Source of the DNA: a virus
Taxonomy: Duplodnaviria > Caudoviricetes
Virus record (IMG/VR): IMGVR_UViG_3300032167_000039
Direction: 5' to 3' (one strand)
Length of the DNA: 64,000 nt
Numbering within the stretch: the stretch's first letter is position 1; each line of letters opens with the position of its first letter. Both the position numbers and the translations under genes were made by a program. The notes below the pieces were generated by a model. That model was given only the letters and a program-made list of their open reading frames with translations. It did not search any database and was not told where the DNA came from. Positions 9,901-19,791 of this stretch are shown here, one piece after another.

Positions 9901-12900
9901 CTTACGGCAATGATTCCTACGGTAATTTCTGTTGCTACAACAATGGGCGCATCAATGGCAGCAGCAACGGCGGGAATTTCTATACTTGTTACAGTATTAA
10001 TAGCTGGTGCTGCAGCGTTAGTTAAATGGACTCAAAATACTATTGAACAAAAACAAGCACAAGCAGAGAATGCAAATGTTTTATTTAGAACAAGAAAAAA
10101 TATAAAAGTTTTAACAGAAGCCCAAGAAAAATTAAATGAAACTTTATCTGAAACAAATGCAGAATTAAATAAGCAGAAAGATCAATATGAATTACTTACT
10201 AAAAATGAGAAAAAATTAAAAGAATATCATGAAGCATTAATATTAACTGTTGACGAGCAAGAAGATTATATAAGTACAAGTAATGAAATTGCTGAAAGTT
10301 TTCCTCAATTAATTGATTATTATGATGAACAAGGCAACGCAATATTAAAGATGGGAGAAGCATGGGAAGAAGCAAAAAATCAACAAAGAGAATATTATGC
10401 TGAAGCCAAAACAGAACAATCTAAAGCGCAACTAGCTGTAGAATCAAATAAAATGTCTTTACTAGAACAGCGACAGTTAGAAATGAGTGAGTCTGCAAAA
10501 ACTGTGAAAGATTTTGAAAAACAAATTAATGTAATTAGTGGAATGGACCGTTTGGAAGCATTTTATTTAGATGTGGCCTCAGAATGGAATGGAGAAGAAT
10601 ATAAAACTGCTACTTCTCTTGAGAATTATGGTAGAACTCTGATTAATGGTATAATTTCCATGGGGGCAATTCCTGGTATTACTGTAGCAGACACTGCTCT
10701 TGGAAACGAATCTTTGATGAGTGTAATGACGGGCTATAAAGATAATTTAAAAGGAGATCCTGACCAGATAAATGATTCTATAAATATGGCCAATGTTATT
10801 CGAAAGGCAATGATTGACCAAGGTTTTACTGAATTTAATGAACTTTCTGATGAAGAAGTATTTCAAAAATGGATAGACACAATAAATGATAATCCAGAAT
10901 TAGCTAAAAAATATCAAGAAGCATTGAAAAGAGGAACAGATGCTTTAATTGAACAAGGAGATTTAAGTTCAGAACTTAATGATGAGATATCCAAACAAAA
11001 AGATGCTATGGATGACGCACTTTCGGATATTGCTGCTAGTAGTTTAGCTATGTCAGAAAATTATACAGATGCTTCCTTAAATGTACAAGAATTAATGAAA
11101 GAATCTTTAAAAAATAATTCAAATATAGACTGGAGCGATTTAGAACAAGATTGGGAAAATAGCGTTGAGTATAAGATGTATTATAATTCTAACGGGGACC
11201 CTATATCTACCGACGAAGGAGCAGAAGAGAGGGCGCAAGCGGCAAAAAATGAATGGATATATAAAAATGCTATATCAGAAGAAGAAGCTCAAGCTGTTCT
11301 AGACTTGTATGATGAGGAAACTCAAAAATATATTGATCAACAATATTATGCAAAATTAACAAATCTGACAATAAAAGAAAGGGTAAAATTAATACAAGAA
11401 TTAGAAGTGGAAGACGAAATAAAAGAAGATTTACTTTCTGTTGAAGATGAAAATATTGAAGCATATAATAAATCGATAGAGGAAATGGCGACTCTTTTTG
11501 GGGCTTCAACTACTCTTTCTGATGGACTATTAACGATTTTAGATCCCAATCTTCAATATATAGAGCAATTTTCCGAAGATTTTAGAAAAAATTTCTCAAA
11601 TACAATAAAAGATTTGAGCCAAGAAGAAAGAATTATTTTTCAGTCACAATTCGGCAATCTATTGTCGGGACTTTCGCTTACTGAAGAGGAAGCTTCAGCA
11701 TTATTTGGAATAGATTGGTCTACAGTAAATTTTTCAAATGAAAAAGAGATGAAAGATAAGATTGCTCAAAGCTATGAAGAAGCAACGGGCGAAGCTATTG
11801 ATGAAGAAAGATTATCTTATTTATTTGAAAATATGCAGGAATTTTCAGAAAAACATGGTATTATAGACTTAACATTACAAATTCCAGAAGCTCAATATGA
11901 CAAATTAAAAGAAGATTTAAATTCTTTAAGCGGAATTGGAGATACAATTACTTCTGCAATTTCTGAAAGCTTAGAGCAAGGTTTTGTAGGTTCTGATACT
12001 TTAGCTTCTCTTCAAGAAGCTTTTGGAGAAGATCTTGAAAAATATTTGACAATAGATAAAGACACTATGTTGGCCACTTTAAATATTGAAGCAATGGATG
12101 AAGCATTTTATGAGGAACTTGCATCTATTCAATTAGCAAACGATGAAATTTATCAAGAAAAGATGGCTAGAATAGAAGTGTTAGAAACTATTCGAAATCA
12201 AGTAGATGCTCTTGGGGAAGTTGCTAGCGCTCAAAATGTTATTAATGCTCTAATCCGAGATTCTAGCCTTGACATTGAAAAAGCAAAAGCTCAATTTGGA
12301 CAAGATATTTTTAACTTAAATGTAGAAGAAATTGATCAAATGATAGAAGCAGAAAGAGAGTCTGCCGCAGAATATGTTAAACAACATGCTTTATATAATA
12401 CACTCGTTGCCACCGCAGCAACAGAATATGAGTCAGCAGCGACTGAAGCGATGAATAATGCACAAGGCGCCACAGAAGACGCGACAGAAGCTCTTAAAGA
12501 ATATGAAGAAACTTTACATGGAACAGCGGAATGGTTGGATGAACAAGATCCATTTATTGCTTTAACTGAGAGTATTTCTGTTTTAGAAAAGGAATTAGAA
12601 AAATTACAAAAACAATTAGAAAATGTACAAGACCCTTCTTCCGCAAGCGAGCTAATTAATGCTATAAGTCAAAACCGTATTACTCAATTAGAAAATTTAA
12701 CTGCACAGCAAAGAGCAGCAGAATCACAATTAACTCAATTAAGAGATTTTTATTTAAATAGTGAATATCAAAAATATTATACTGAACTTCCTAATGGAAC
12801 AATAAGTTTTGATATGGCAGAATGGGCAGAAACAGGTGGTTCAGATGAAATGGGCGATTGGCTCATGGAAATGGCCGCAATGGGAAATGAAGCACGATTA

Positions 12901-14472
12901 ATGTTATTAGAAACAGAATCTCAAATGCAAGAGATTTATGATGAGCAAGAAGAAGAAAGAATAGAAAGATTAGAAAATTATATTAGTTTGCAAGAAACAA
13001 TAGCAGATACTTTAAGAGAAAATGCAGAAGAAGAAGTTAATATACAAAAAGAAAAATATGATGCACTAAAAGAAGCAGATGATGATTACTTAAGTGCACT
13101 AGAAGATGCAATAAATAAACAGAGAGAGCTTAGAGAACAAGAAAATGCATACGAAGATTTGGCACAGAAAGAAAAGAAATTAGCTTTACTACAAAGAGAT
13201 ACATCTGGAGCCAATGAAAAAGAAACAAAAAAACTTGAAGAAGAAATTCAAGATGATCGTCAACAATTACTTGATGATAAAGTAGATGATATTATTGAAA
13301 ATCTAAAAAGCACATATGAACTTCAAGCAGAAGTAAGAGATTTAGAAATAGAACAAAAAGAAATCGCTTTAGAAGAAAAAAATTATATCAGTGAAGCTGC
13401 AAATATTTTAAGAAATATGACTGGTGGTTCAGATATTATTGCTTGGATGATTGAGAATAATAAAGATTGGGATACTTATACAACAGAACAACAAGAAAAG
13501 TTTATTAGTGAATGGGAAAAATTAGGCAATGATTGGGCAACATATCTTGCGCAAGAGGAAACCGAGTATAATGATTTTTTATCTTTGAGCGAGACAAATA
13601 TTCAGGCTTATTTGAACAATACTGCATCTGCCATTACAGATTCAATTGATAGGATAAAGAAAAATGAAGAAGCAGCACAAGCAGAGAGAGAAAAAAAAGC
13701 TCAAGAAACTATTGATAATATAAACAATATATCTGATACTGCATTGAAGGCTTCTCAAAAGATTAAGAAAGCAATGCAGGGATTAAATGATGAAGAAAAT
13801 GTTGAGAAAATAAATTATAATAGTCTTACTAAATCAACCTTAACTGGTACTGCTCGAGATGAAGCTTATAAATCTATGTACAATGCAGCGAAAGGAAAAA
13901 CAAATTTATCGGAATTTTTAAAAAATTATAGTTCAAATCAAGATTTAGCATCTCAAGCCTGGCAAGCTGCGCGAAAAGAGGAGGCAAATTCTTATTCTCA
14001 TGGTATACTTTGGCCAGATGGAACTATTTCTCCTCATGAAACCGCACAAGTAGCAATAGATTCAATTGAAGAAATTTTAAAATCAACTCCACAGAATGGA
14101 AGAGACGGTCAATTAAAGATGTGGGCAAATACTGACAACTACCAAGTATTTAAAAAAGGTGGATTTGTAGACTATACTGGTCCTGCTTGGGTAGACGGCA
14201 CTCCCAATAAACCTGAGGCATTCTTATCTGCTGAAGATACTGCTCGTATTGGCGCCGCCGCGAAACTTCTTGCAGATTTACCAATCTTTAATACTACATC
14301 AAATGCCGAAAATGCTGTTTCTACAAATATTGGAGACACCTCAATCGAAATTCACATTAATGTAGAGAACATTAGTGATGATTATGATGTTGATCAAATG
14401 ATTGAGCGAGTTAAACAAGACATTGTCGATGTTGCAAAACCAATTGGCACATCAGTTATCCTAAATAAATAA
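6913..14472 (+). CDS. Tail tape measure protein
   Basis: 2519 aa, Ala/Glu/Gln-rich helical sequence. TP901-like core (ELDKSFANIAMVT..TMKLATLAG..IGTAMKTIIARF), hydrophobic segments, C-terminal KGGFVDYTGPAWVDG..PEAFL motif. Confidence 0.92.
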   Translation: MAGKTYVQKIQFQSSFDGAEVLSGLKKIRQSMSNAGADASLFKGVDKDIAQAEKLVTDLLAQIQKGFSNPKEIANFEKQFEKLGSSLSKINVGLQGVNEVGNFNLNAAEIQKYTKELDKLTAKQGQLEQAAKDSIAAQLDAAKLTQKERQAIMDEVEAQGDLEAAIKKVAQAKEKAAKAKHGTKAMEEGSGREYIDTKVDVGLTADDVGATAKKGNVKRGKNDARARDAAGNLIKSDGKNQIDELKTNIALQESYKKALEEVVRTGGTADDAVELMKKSMGEYGIELTETTQLLYNFQHEIEDFYTDNLSSQQHAAITRAQSLGRTNIDGQFELSQQGQEIVDNADMQAAQQNLGAIRQAQEQVNAEIQEGERATEQFVQEQTQGLEQAQQAQEDLERSAKESTEKMKEQAEATTAMNNKFDDMKQAVKTFLSIGSAIGAVRNIISQTFNDIKELDKSFANIAMVTSYTVGQMWNSYEQYAQMANELGQSTQSVIEASGLFYQQGLDTAESLALTEDTMKLATLAGTDFAEATSQMTAALRGFKMEMDEGARVTDVYSELAAKAAADVQGIAYAMSKTASIAESAGMEFETTSAFLTQMIETTQEAPENIGTAMKTIIARFTELKTNVAGTADSEFEDLDYNKVDTALKSVGVSIKDASGQFRDLDDVFLELSGKWNTLDRNTQRYIATIAAGSRQQSRFIAMMDNYERTIELVNTAYNSAGKSSEQFNKYQDTIEYKLNKLKNSWEQLRVSFFNSKGYGDAIVLLTKLLDKVREFELVDFAALGAVWLTLGKIVIQNFIRGIQSSTNGIIKVFSATFDKVKNSVMNKIGMRIPLDLSPQMAEARINALRQKLQSLEAEKIELDANPTPALRDLALIQQRLDELQLDATQIKFTPSGKAYYEDAQGKRQSFQVNGQRVTKNQFNAAQNAGQQRANLNNEADSTAALLGDAEKNKQMAQVRGQAIGQSFAVAFTAATTSVVMRENPGQVFGDVVVSGLTAMIPTVISVATTMGASMAAATAGISILVTVLIAGAAALVKWTQNTIEQKQAQAENANVLFRTRKNIKVLTEAQEKLNETLSETNAELNKQKDQYELLTKNEKKLKEYHEALILTVDEQEDYISTSNEIAESFPQLIDYYDEQGNAILKMGEAWEEAKNQQREYYAEAKTEQSKAQLAVESNKMSLLEQRQLEMSESAKTVKDFEKQINVISGMDRLEAFYLDVASEWNGEEYKTATSLENYGRTLINGIISMGAIPGITVADTALGNESLMSVMTGYKDNLKGDPDQINDSINMANVIRKAMIDQGFTEFNELSDEEVFQKWIDTINDNPELAKKYQEALKRGTDALIEQGDLSSELNDEISKQKDAMDDALSDIAASSLAMSENYTDASLNVQELMKESLKNNSNIDWSDLEQDWENSVEYKMYYNSNGDPISTDEGAEERAQAAKNEWIYKNAISEEEAQAVLDLYDEETQKYIDQQYYAKLTNLTIKERVKLIQELEVEDEIKEDLLSVEDENIEAYNKSIEEMATLFGASTTLSDGLLTILDPNLQYIEQFSEDFRKNFSNTIKDLSQEERIIFQSQFGNLLSGLSLTEEEASALFGIDWSTVNFSNEKEMKDKIAQSYEEATGEAIDEERLSYLFENMQEFSEKHGIIDLTLQIPEAQYDKLKEDLNSLSGIGDTITSAISESLEQGFVGSDTLASLQEAFGEDLEKYLTIDKDTMLATLNIEAMDEAFYEELASIQLANDEIYQEKMARIEVLETIRNQVDALGEVASAQNVINALIRDSSLDIEKAKAQFGQDIFNLNVEEIDQMIEAERESAAEYVKQHALYNTLVATAATEYESAATEAMNNAQGATEDATEALKEYEETLHGTAEWLDEQDPFIALTESISVLEKELEKLQKQLENVQDPSSASELINAISQNRITQLENLTAQQRAAESQLTQLRDFYLNSEYQKYYTELPNGTISFDMAEWAETGGSDEMGDWLMEMAAMGNEARLMLLETESQMQEIYDEQEEERIERLENYISLQETIADTLRENAEEEVNIQKEKYDALKEADDDYLSALEDAINKQRELREQENAYEDLAQKEKKLALLQRDTSGANEKETKKLEEEIQDDRQQLLDDKVDDIIENLKSTYELQAEVRDLEIEQKEIALEEKNYISEAANILRNMTGGSDIIAWMIENNKDWDTYTTEQQEKFISEWEKLGNDWATYLAQEETEYNDFLSLSETNIQAYLNNTASAITDSIDRIKKNEEAAQAEREKKAQETIDNINNISDTALKASQKIKKAMQGLNDEENVEKINYNSLTKSTLTGTARDEAYKSMYNAAKGKTNLSEFLKNYSSNQDLASQAWQAARKEEANSYSHGILWPDGTISPHETAQVAIDSIEEILKSTPQNGRDGQLKMWANTDNYQVFKKGGFVDYTGPAWVDGTPNKPEAFLSAEDTARIGAAAKLLADLPIFNTTSNAENAVSTNIGDTSIEIHINVENISDDYDVDQMIERVKQDIVDVAKPIGTSVILNK

Positions 14473-14481
14473 GAGAAACAG

Positions 14482-14507
14482 AGTATAGGGGATTTCTCCC
14501 CTATACT
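14482..14507 (+). terminator. Stem-loop between tape measure and Dit genes (weak terminator or processing site)
   Basis: AGTATAGGGGA-tttc-TCCCCTATACT, an 11-bp stem without a strong U tract. Confidence 0.5.
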
Positions 14508-14529
14508 TACCTTAAAAGAGGTGAGGTTA

Positions 14530-16758
14530 ATGAGAGATTTTACTGGCTTTCGTTTTGGCAATATTCATTCAGAAGATTTGCATTTGATAGTTGTAAGTTC
14601 AAGTGATAGATATGAGAAGAATTTATTGCCTGAAAATAAAGACTATTCAACAGAAGTTCCTGGTGGTAATGGAAGTTATTATTTTGGTTCAACTTTTGGA
14701 AATAGAGAATTTAAAGTTGAAGTAGCTTTTGATAGTGTCGATGAGAAAACATGGCGCCGCATTAGTAATTTATTTGCAACAGATAAATTACAAGATTTAG
14801 TTTTTGATGAATTACCTTATAAAACTTATCGAGCAAAACTTAAATCTAAGCCAGAATTTAAGTGTTTATGCTTTACAGATAGAGACACTAAAAAGCGAGT
14901 ATACAAAGGGGAAGGAACTCTTAATTTCATTTGTTATCAACCTTTTGCATATGGATTTAATAAGTATGTTATTAGGGCGGCAGATGAGTATCAATTACAA
15001 GTTCCCACATTGTCAAATTATGATGATAGATTTGAAAATCCTTATGAAAAACAAGAACAAAAGATTTATAATACAGATACCAAAGATCACTATAATGTTA
15101 ATAAAAATATGAATACTCCTTGGAAAGGTGGCTATCCTACCATTGAACAAGTGCGTGCAGGCGAGCTTTATTTTAATAGCCCAGATGGTAAAAAAATTAT
15201 TGATGTAAGAGATTATTTCCGCAATGTTCCAGAGTGGGCGCCAAGTAGTAAATTATTGGTAACACCTACTTTAGACTATGATCAAGATTTAATCTTTTTA
15301 TCTCAATACTCAAAAACAAATTATATCAACATGGATACAGGACTTAATCAGGAAAATGCTTTAATTGGCAGTAGATTATTGGTATATAACCCAGGAGATT
15401 TGCCTATTGATTTTGAGTTAAGAATGAATAACATTAAAAGAGCATTTAATACTTCTCGTGGTGAACATTTTCAAATCAGACGTTTTAACGTTCAGCGTCT
15501 TCCTATTGCCGCGGCAGTAGATTGGACTGGATTAAAGACTGAAAATGAAGCTGATAATATTGCTTACAGATATGGTAATAAGTACTTTAAAATTGCACAA
15601 CCAGGAGAAGAAAGTGAGGATGGAATTAAGTCAGTTGAATTATTGGAGCTAAAAGAAAAACATCCTAGCCATACTTTTATTGCAGAGCCAATTCCGAAAG
15701 AAAAACTCGGTCATTATATAAGATTATTTTATTGGCAATCTTCTTTAATTCCAAATAGTGGAATTGACTTTGAAGAAGGAGTCGAAATTGCAAAAAGATA
15801 TGAAGAGCTTTATGATCTTTGCATAGATGACTATGAGAAATATGAATTATATTGGAAGACTCTCAAAGAGCAAATCCTTAATAAATATCGTAGTTCAACG
15901 GTTTTTGAAAATAATCAAGAAAAAATTGATGATTTTATTTATAATTATATCCATATGCCGCCGGAATTCATTCGCAAAAATCCTGAGTTATTTTATGACC
16001 AAGAAGAATTTAATATCAATATGATGCCGAACTGGTATACACAAGATTTCTTTGACATTAATACCGAAGGCATTGAAAATATAACCCTTTTCCTTGACTC
16101 TGAGAAAAGAATGTTGTATAATATAATTAACCCAGAATATAAAAAAGATAATATTGAAACATATAAAAATTGGTTTGATTATAAACCTTCAAAGAAAATC
16201 TTTAATGACAATATTGAGAAAGGTCATTGGTTTAAATTGCCGCCCGGCTGGTCATTAATTGAAATCACACCAATTTGTGACGAAGATAATTGGGGAGGTA
16301 AACGATGGCTGGATGCACGCTCATTTGATTGGGGTTATGGTAGCGACAACGGTGAAAAACAACCTATACAGGTACTCTTTGATAATGTTTATAAAATAGC
16401 AGAAGCAAAATTCTTAGAAGAATCTGGACTTGAAAATTTAAATCTAAGAACAGATGATATTTATCAAAAATACGGAATCGGCTCAGATGGAAAATATGTG
16501 GATAAATTTGCATATGAGTTTTATCGAACTAAAGAAATTCAAAATGAATATAAATTTTTGAAAACAATACATGAAATATGGAGATTACAAAAAGGAAATC
16601 ACACTATTAATGGTATATCAGTTGAAATTAAAGGCACAATAGAAGAATGGTGGTGGTATGCTTGTAACTACATTTGGGCAAACTTCCCGCCTTTATATTG
16701 GGGCTATGCAGATATATTAAATAATGCACAGATTAAATATACTCCATTATTTTATTAA
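14530..16758 (+). CDS. Distal tail protein (Dit) with large insertions
   Basis: Directly after the tape measure. Typical N-terminus FTGFRFGNIHSEDL..VPG.NGSYYFG..LVFDELPYKTY..F.CYQPFAY and C-terminus IKYTPLFY. Confidence 0.75.
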   Translation: MRDFTGFRFGNIHSEDLHLIVVSSSDRYEKNLLPENKDYSTEVPGGNGSYYFGSTFGNREFKVEVAFDSVDEKTWRRISNLFATDKLQDLVFDELPYKTYRAKLKSKPEFKCLCFTDRDTKKRVYKGEGTLNFICYQPFAYGFNKYVIRAADEYQLQVPTLSNYDDRFENPYEKQEQKIYNTDTKDHYNVNKNMNTPWKGGYPTIEQVRAGELYFNSPDGKKIIDVRDYFRNVPEWAPSSKLLVTPTLDYDQDLIFLSQYSKTNYINMDTGLNQENALIGSRLLVYNPGDLPIDFELRMNNIKRAFNTSRGEHFQIRRFNVQRLPIAAAVDWTGLKTENEADNIAYRYGNKYFKIAQPGEESEDGIKSVELLELKEKHPSHTFIAEPIPKEKLGHYIRLFYWQSSLIPNSGIDFEEGVEIAKRYEELYDLCIDDYEKYELYWKTLKEQILNKYRSSTVFENNQEKIDDFIYNYIHMPPEFIRKNPELFYDQEEFNINMMPNWYTQDFFDINTEGIENITLFLDSEKRMLYNIINPEYKKDNIETYKNWFDYKPSKKIFNDNIEKGHWFKLPPGWSLIEITPICDEDNWGGKRWLDARSFDWGYGSDNGEKQPIQVLFDNVYKIAEAKFLEESGLENLNLRTDDIYQKYGIGSDGKYVDKFAYEFYRTKEIQNEYKFLKTIHEIWRLQKGNHTINGISVEIKGTIEEWWWYACNYIWANFPPLYWGYADILNNAQIKYTPLFY

Positions 16759-16761
16759 GAG

Positions 16762-19700
16762 GTGAAAGGAGTGGCTATTCTTAAAAAAGAATATGAGTTA
16801 AGTATCTGGAATGAAGAATTGAGTTCTGAAGGTATTAAGACTGAGAAAAAAGGAATGGTTATTGGCGCGCACGACATGGATTATCTGGGTCGTGCAACCA
16901 ATATTAAATTAAAAAGAGAAATTAAGGGTACAAATACTTTAACGTTTGATATGCCAGTAAAATATTTTGATTCACATCTTGGTGAATACGTAAAAAATGA
17001 ATTTATTGATGACTTATATAATGAGCAAAAATTAAAATTAAATTATAATGGGCGCTGGTATGAGTTTTATATTAAATCTATTGGTGAAAAAAAACAATTT
17101 AAATCAATAGTTAAATCATTTACTTGTCAAGATAGTTTTATTGATGAGCTGTCTAGAACTGGATATGAAATTTTAATTGATGAACAGGTATATAATAGTG
17201 TAGATGAAATTACACCTTTTATGGAAGAGATTTTAGAAGACAGTATATGGGATTATCGAGCTGATTTTAACTGGGGAGATTTTACAGAATTTAAAGAAGA
17301 AAGATTTTATAAGATTCCTCTCGAACAATTCGGCGGCAGTATAAAAGGCTATCCTATAAGGCTGTCTATTAGTATTTCTGATCTTAAGGCAGAAGAATAT
17401 AAGAATTTATCGGATAAAGAGAAAGAAGAGAAACTTACTATCACAAATGTATATACAAAAGAAAATAGGTCTTTAGAACTTGGAGATGATTTATCTCATC
17501 AATATGAAATTTTTTGGGATCCGCATAATAATAGTAATGGTTTTGATCTATTAAGCGAAGGCGCGGAGGAACTTATAGGCGGATATATTTATGTTCCTTA
17601 TTCAGATTTGTCGTTTATTTATGGTTCAATTTATGAAGATCCATATAAATCCACAGAAGAGCCTGCAACTTATGGTCCATATGGTACGCAAAAAGGCTTT
17701 GCTTTACAACCATCTTCTAAAGATTCAACAGATTTTATTCAGTTTATTTATTTTAAAGATGATGATGAAGTATTAATTGATGAATCTGGAACTATTGCAA
17801 ACAATAATTGCCATTATTTAATTTCTATTGAAGATTGGAATAATATGCTTAAACAGCAGTTTAATGGTGAGGCGGCAATTCACTGGACTTCTCCTATGAT
17901 TGAAGAAGCAAATGGAATTACCGAGACAGAAAAATATAAAACAGCAATTGATGGCGAAATTAAATATACAACCAATGCGCTTCCAAGTTCTTCAACAATT
18001 GATGATTTTACTTGGTATCCAGTTTATTATGAGGGTTATCTTTCTGAAATTAATGAAACAGAAGTGTTTGCTGCAAGAAAAATTTCAATTACTAATAGAA
18101 CAGAATTTAATTTAAAAGCAGAGTATTATACTACAATTTATAATAATGATTGGAAAGATTATTCGTCACTTTACTCAGAAGAAATTCCCAATGAAGAAAT
18201 TGACTTTAGAGTACAGTCGATGGAAGAAACTCGTATTATAACTCCAACTCTCGCAAGAAATCTAATAACAAATGGAACTGAAATTACATCTAACGATGGA
18301 TGGGAAACTTTAGTTCAAAATGATCAAACAGAATATAATACTGGCTCTTATGCAAATCTGCTTGAAATATCGGTAAAAAGTACAACCCAAAATGACACAA
18401 GCTATAATCCAAATGGATCTGTCATTGATGAAGAAATTAGCGACTATTATTTAGAGCTATTAAGTCCGAATGTTGATAATTGCAATGATTTTGCGGCGGA
18501 AGGAAGTGTAGTTGGAGATTATGCTCTAAATTTTGGATTGACAGAATTGGAAAATGGCATAGAAAAAGATAAAGTTTATGCGATAAGAATTTGTACTGGT
18601 GCGTGGGTTGTTGATGATTATACTATTGTTTTTAGAACAAAAGACGAAGCAGGAGAAGATATTGTTAATAATAACTGCACTGAAAGAGATGCTCAAGATT
18701 ATGAGAATGCATTGATTACATATAATAATGCATTAAACAGTAATGAGATTGGTTTGACTATAAATGACACCGAACAGGAGTTTAAAGATTTATTGCTCTC
18801 TTGGATTTCTGATCACGATGCCGCGACAATAAGTCAATTTGAAAAATGGATTAATGTTTATACAGATAATGATTGGAGGTATTTAGTTGGACGTATTAAT
18901 GATGAAGAAACATCTGAATACCCTATTTTAGAAGATAATGCTCATGAAAGATGGAGTTCTCAATGTATTTATAAAAATCAATCTTTCATAAAAAGTTATA
19001 ACACTGATTTGGATAGAGTTTATATCGCACAAGGTTCTATTGATATTAATGGGAATTATGAATTGAGTGGTATTAATAATAATGGAACTGATTATATTAG
19101 TTTTAAAGATGTTTTTGAGGTTGCAGAAAATGTTTCTTGCGTTGGACGCGATGGTGTTTTTGATAAAAAGCAGGTATTAACAAAAACTTATTATCATAAT
19201 AAAGTGAATGGTAATTGGATTTGGGAAGAAGCTTTTTCTAAAGAAGATTCTGTGGAAGATAATGCATTTTTACTTTTTAAAGCAAAGACAAATATTAAAA
19301 ATCCTTATTTAGGTATTTACATAGAATCACAAAAAATGCAAGTTTCAATTGATAAATGTCAAATTTCATTATATAAAGAAACAGATACTAATGGAATTAA
19401 ATTTGAAACGTTAAGTATTAATGAAAAAGATGGTAAAGAATATTATGTAGAAAATGCTGTTTATAGAATTTATGAGGCAAATTCCAATAATTTTTCTTCT
19501 GATTATCTGAAAGAATTGGGGCTAATTGATGATAGTGGAAATGTTGTTACTAATCCTTCTCTAAAAGAAGATACCTTAAATTTTAAAGACGGTTATTTAT
19601 TAAATACTGCTTCTCCAATATGGACTGCTAATTCTACTAGCGCAATTCCTTTATTTTTCACGTTAATGGAAAATCCCATTGTAAATGAAGAGAGAATAGA

Positions 19701-19791
19701 TAATAGAAGTAATTTATATGTGTTATTTATCAACGATATTTATTATGGTGTTTTCTGGTTGGAAAAAAATAAAGATGGGGGCGATGAATAA
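16762..19791 (+). CDS. Tail hub/Tal-like protein, N-terminal part (start uncertain)
   Basis: Follows Dit. LKREIKGTNTLTFDMP..YEFYIKSI..FTCQDSFIDELS resembles the N-domain of prophage tail endopeptidases. Confidence 0.6.
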   Translation: MKGVAILKKEYELSIWNEELSSEGIKTEKKGMVIGAHDMDYLGRATNIKLKREIKGTNTLTFDMPVKYFDSHLGEYVKNEFIDDLYNEQKLKLNYNGRWYEFYIKSIGEKKQFKSIVKSFTCQDSFIDELSRTGYEILIDEQVYNSVDEITPFMEEILEDSIWDYRADFNWGDFTEFKEERFYKIPLEQFGGSIKGYPIRLSISISDLKAEEYKNLSDKEKEEKLTITNVYTKENRSLELGDDLSHQYEIFWDPHNNSNGFDLLSEGAEELIGGYIYVPYSDLSFIYGSIYEDPYKSTEEPATYGPYGTQKGFALQPSSKDSTDFIQFIYFKDDDEVLIDESGTIANNNCHYLISIEDWNNMLKQQFNGEAAIHWTSPMIEEANGITETEKYKTAIDGEIKYTTNALPSSSTIDDFTWYPVYYEGYLSEINETEVFAARKISITNRTEFNLKAEYYTTIYNNDWKDYSSLYSEEIPNEEIDFRVQSMEETRIITPTLARNLITNGTEITSNDGWETLVQNDQTEYNTGSYANLLEISVKSTTQNDTSYNPNGSVIDEEISDYYLELLSPNVDNCNDFAAEGSVVGDYALNFGLTELENGIEKDKVYAIRICTGAWVVDDYTIVFRTKDEAGEDIVNNNCTERDAQDYENALITYNNALNSNEIGLTINDTEQEFKDLLLSWISDHDAATISQFEKWINVYTDNDWRYLVGRINDEETSEYPILEDNAHERWSSQCIYKNQSFIKSYNTDLDRVYIAQGSIDINGNYELSGINNNGTDYISFKDVFEVAENVSCVGRDGVFDKKQVLTKTYYHNKVNGNWIWEEAFSKEDSVEDNAFLLFKAKTNIKNPYLGIYIESQKMQVSIDKCQISLYKETDTNGIKFETLSINEKDGKEYYVENAVYRIYEANSNNFSSDYLKELGLIDDSGNVVTNPSLKEDTLNFKDGYLLNTASPIWTANSTSAIPLFFTLMENPIVNEERIDNRSNLYVLFINDIYYGVFWLEKNKDGGDE

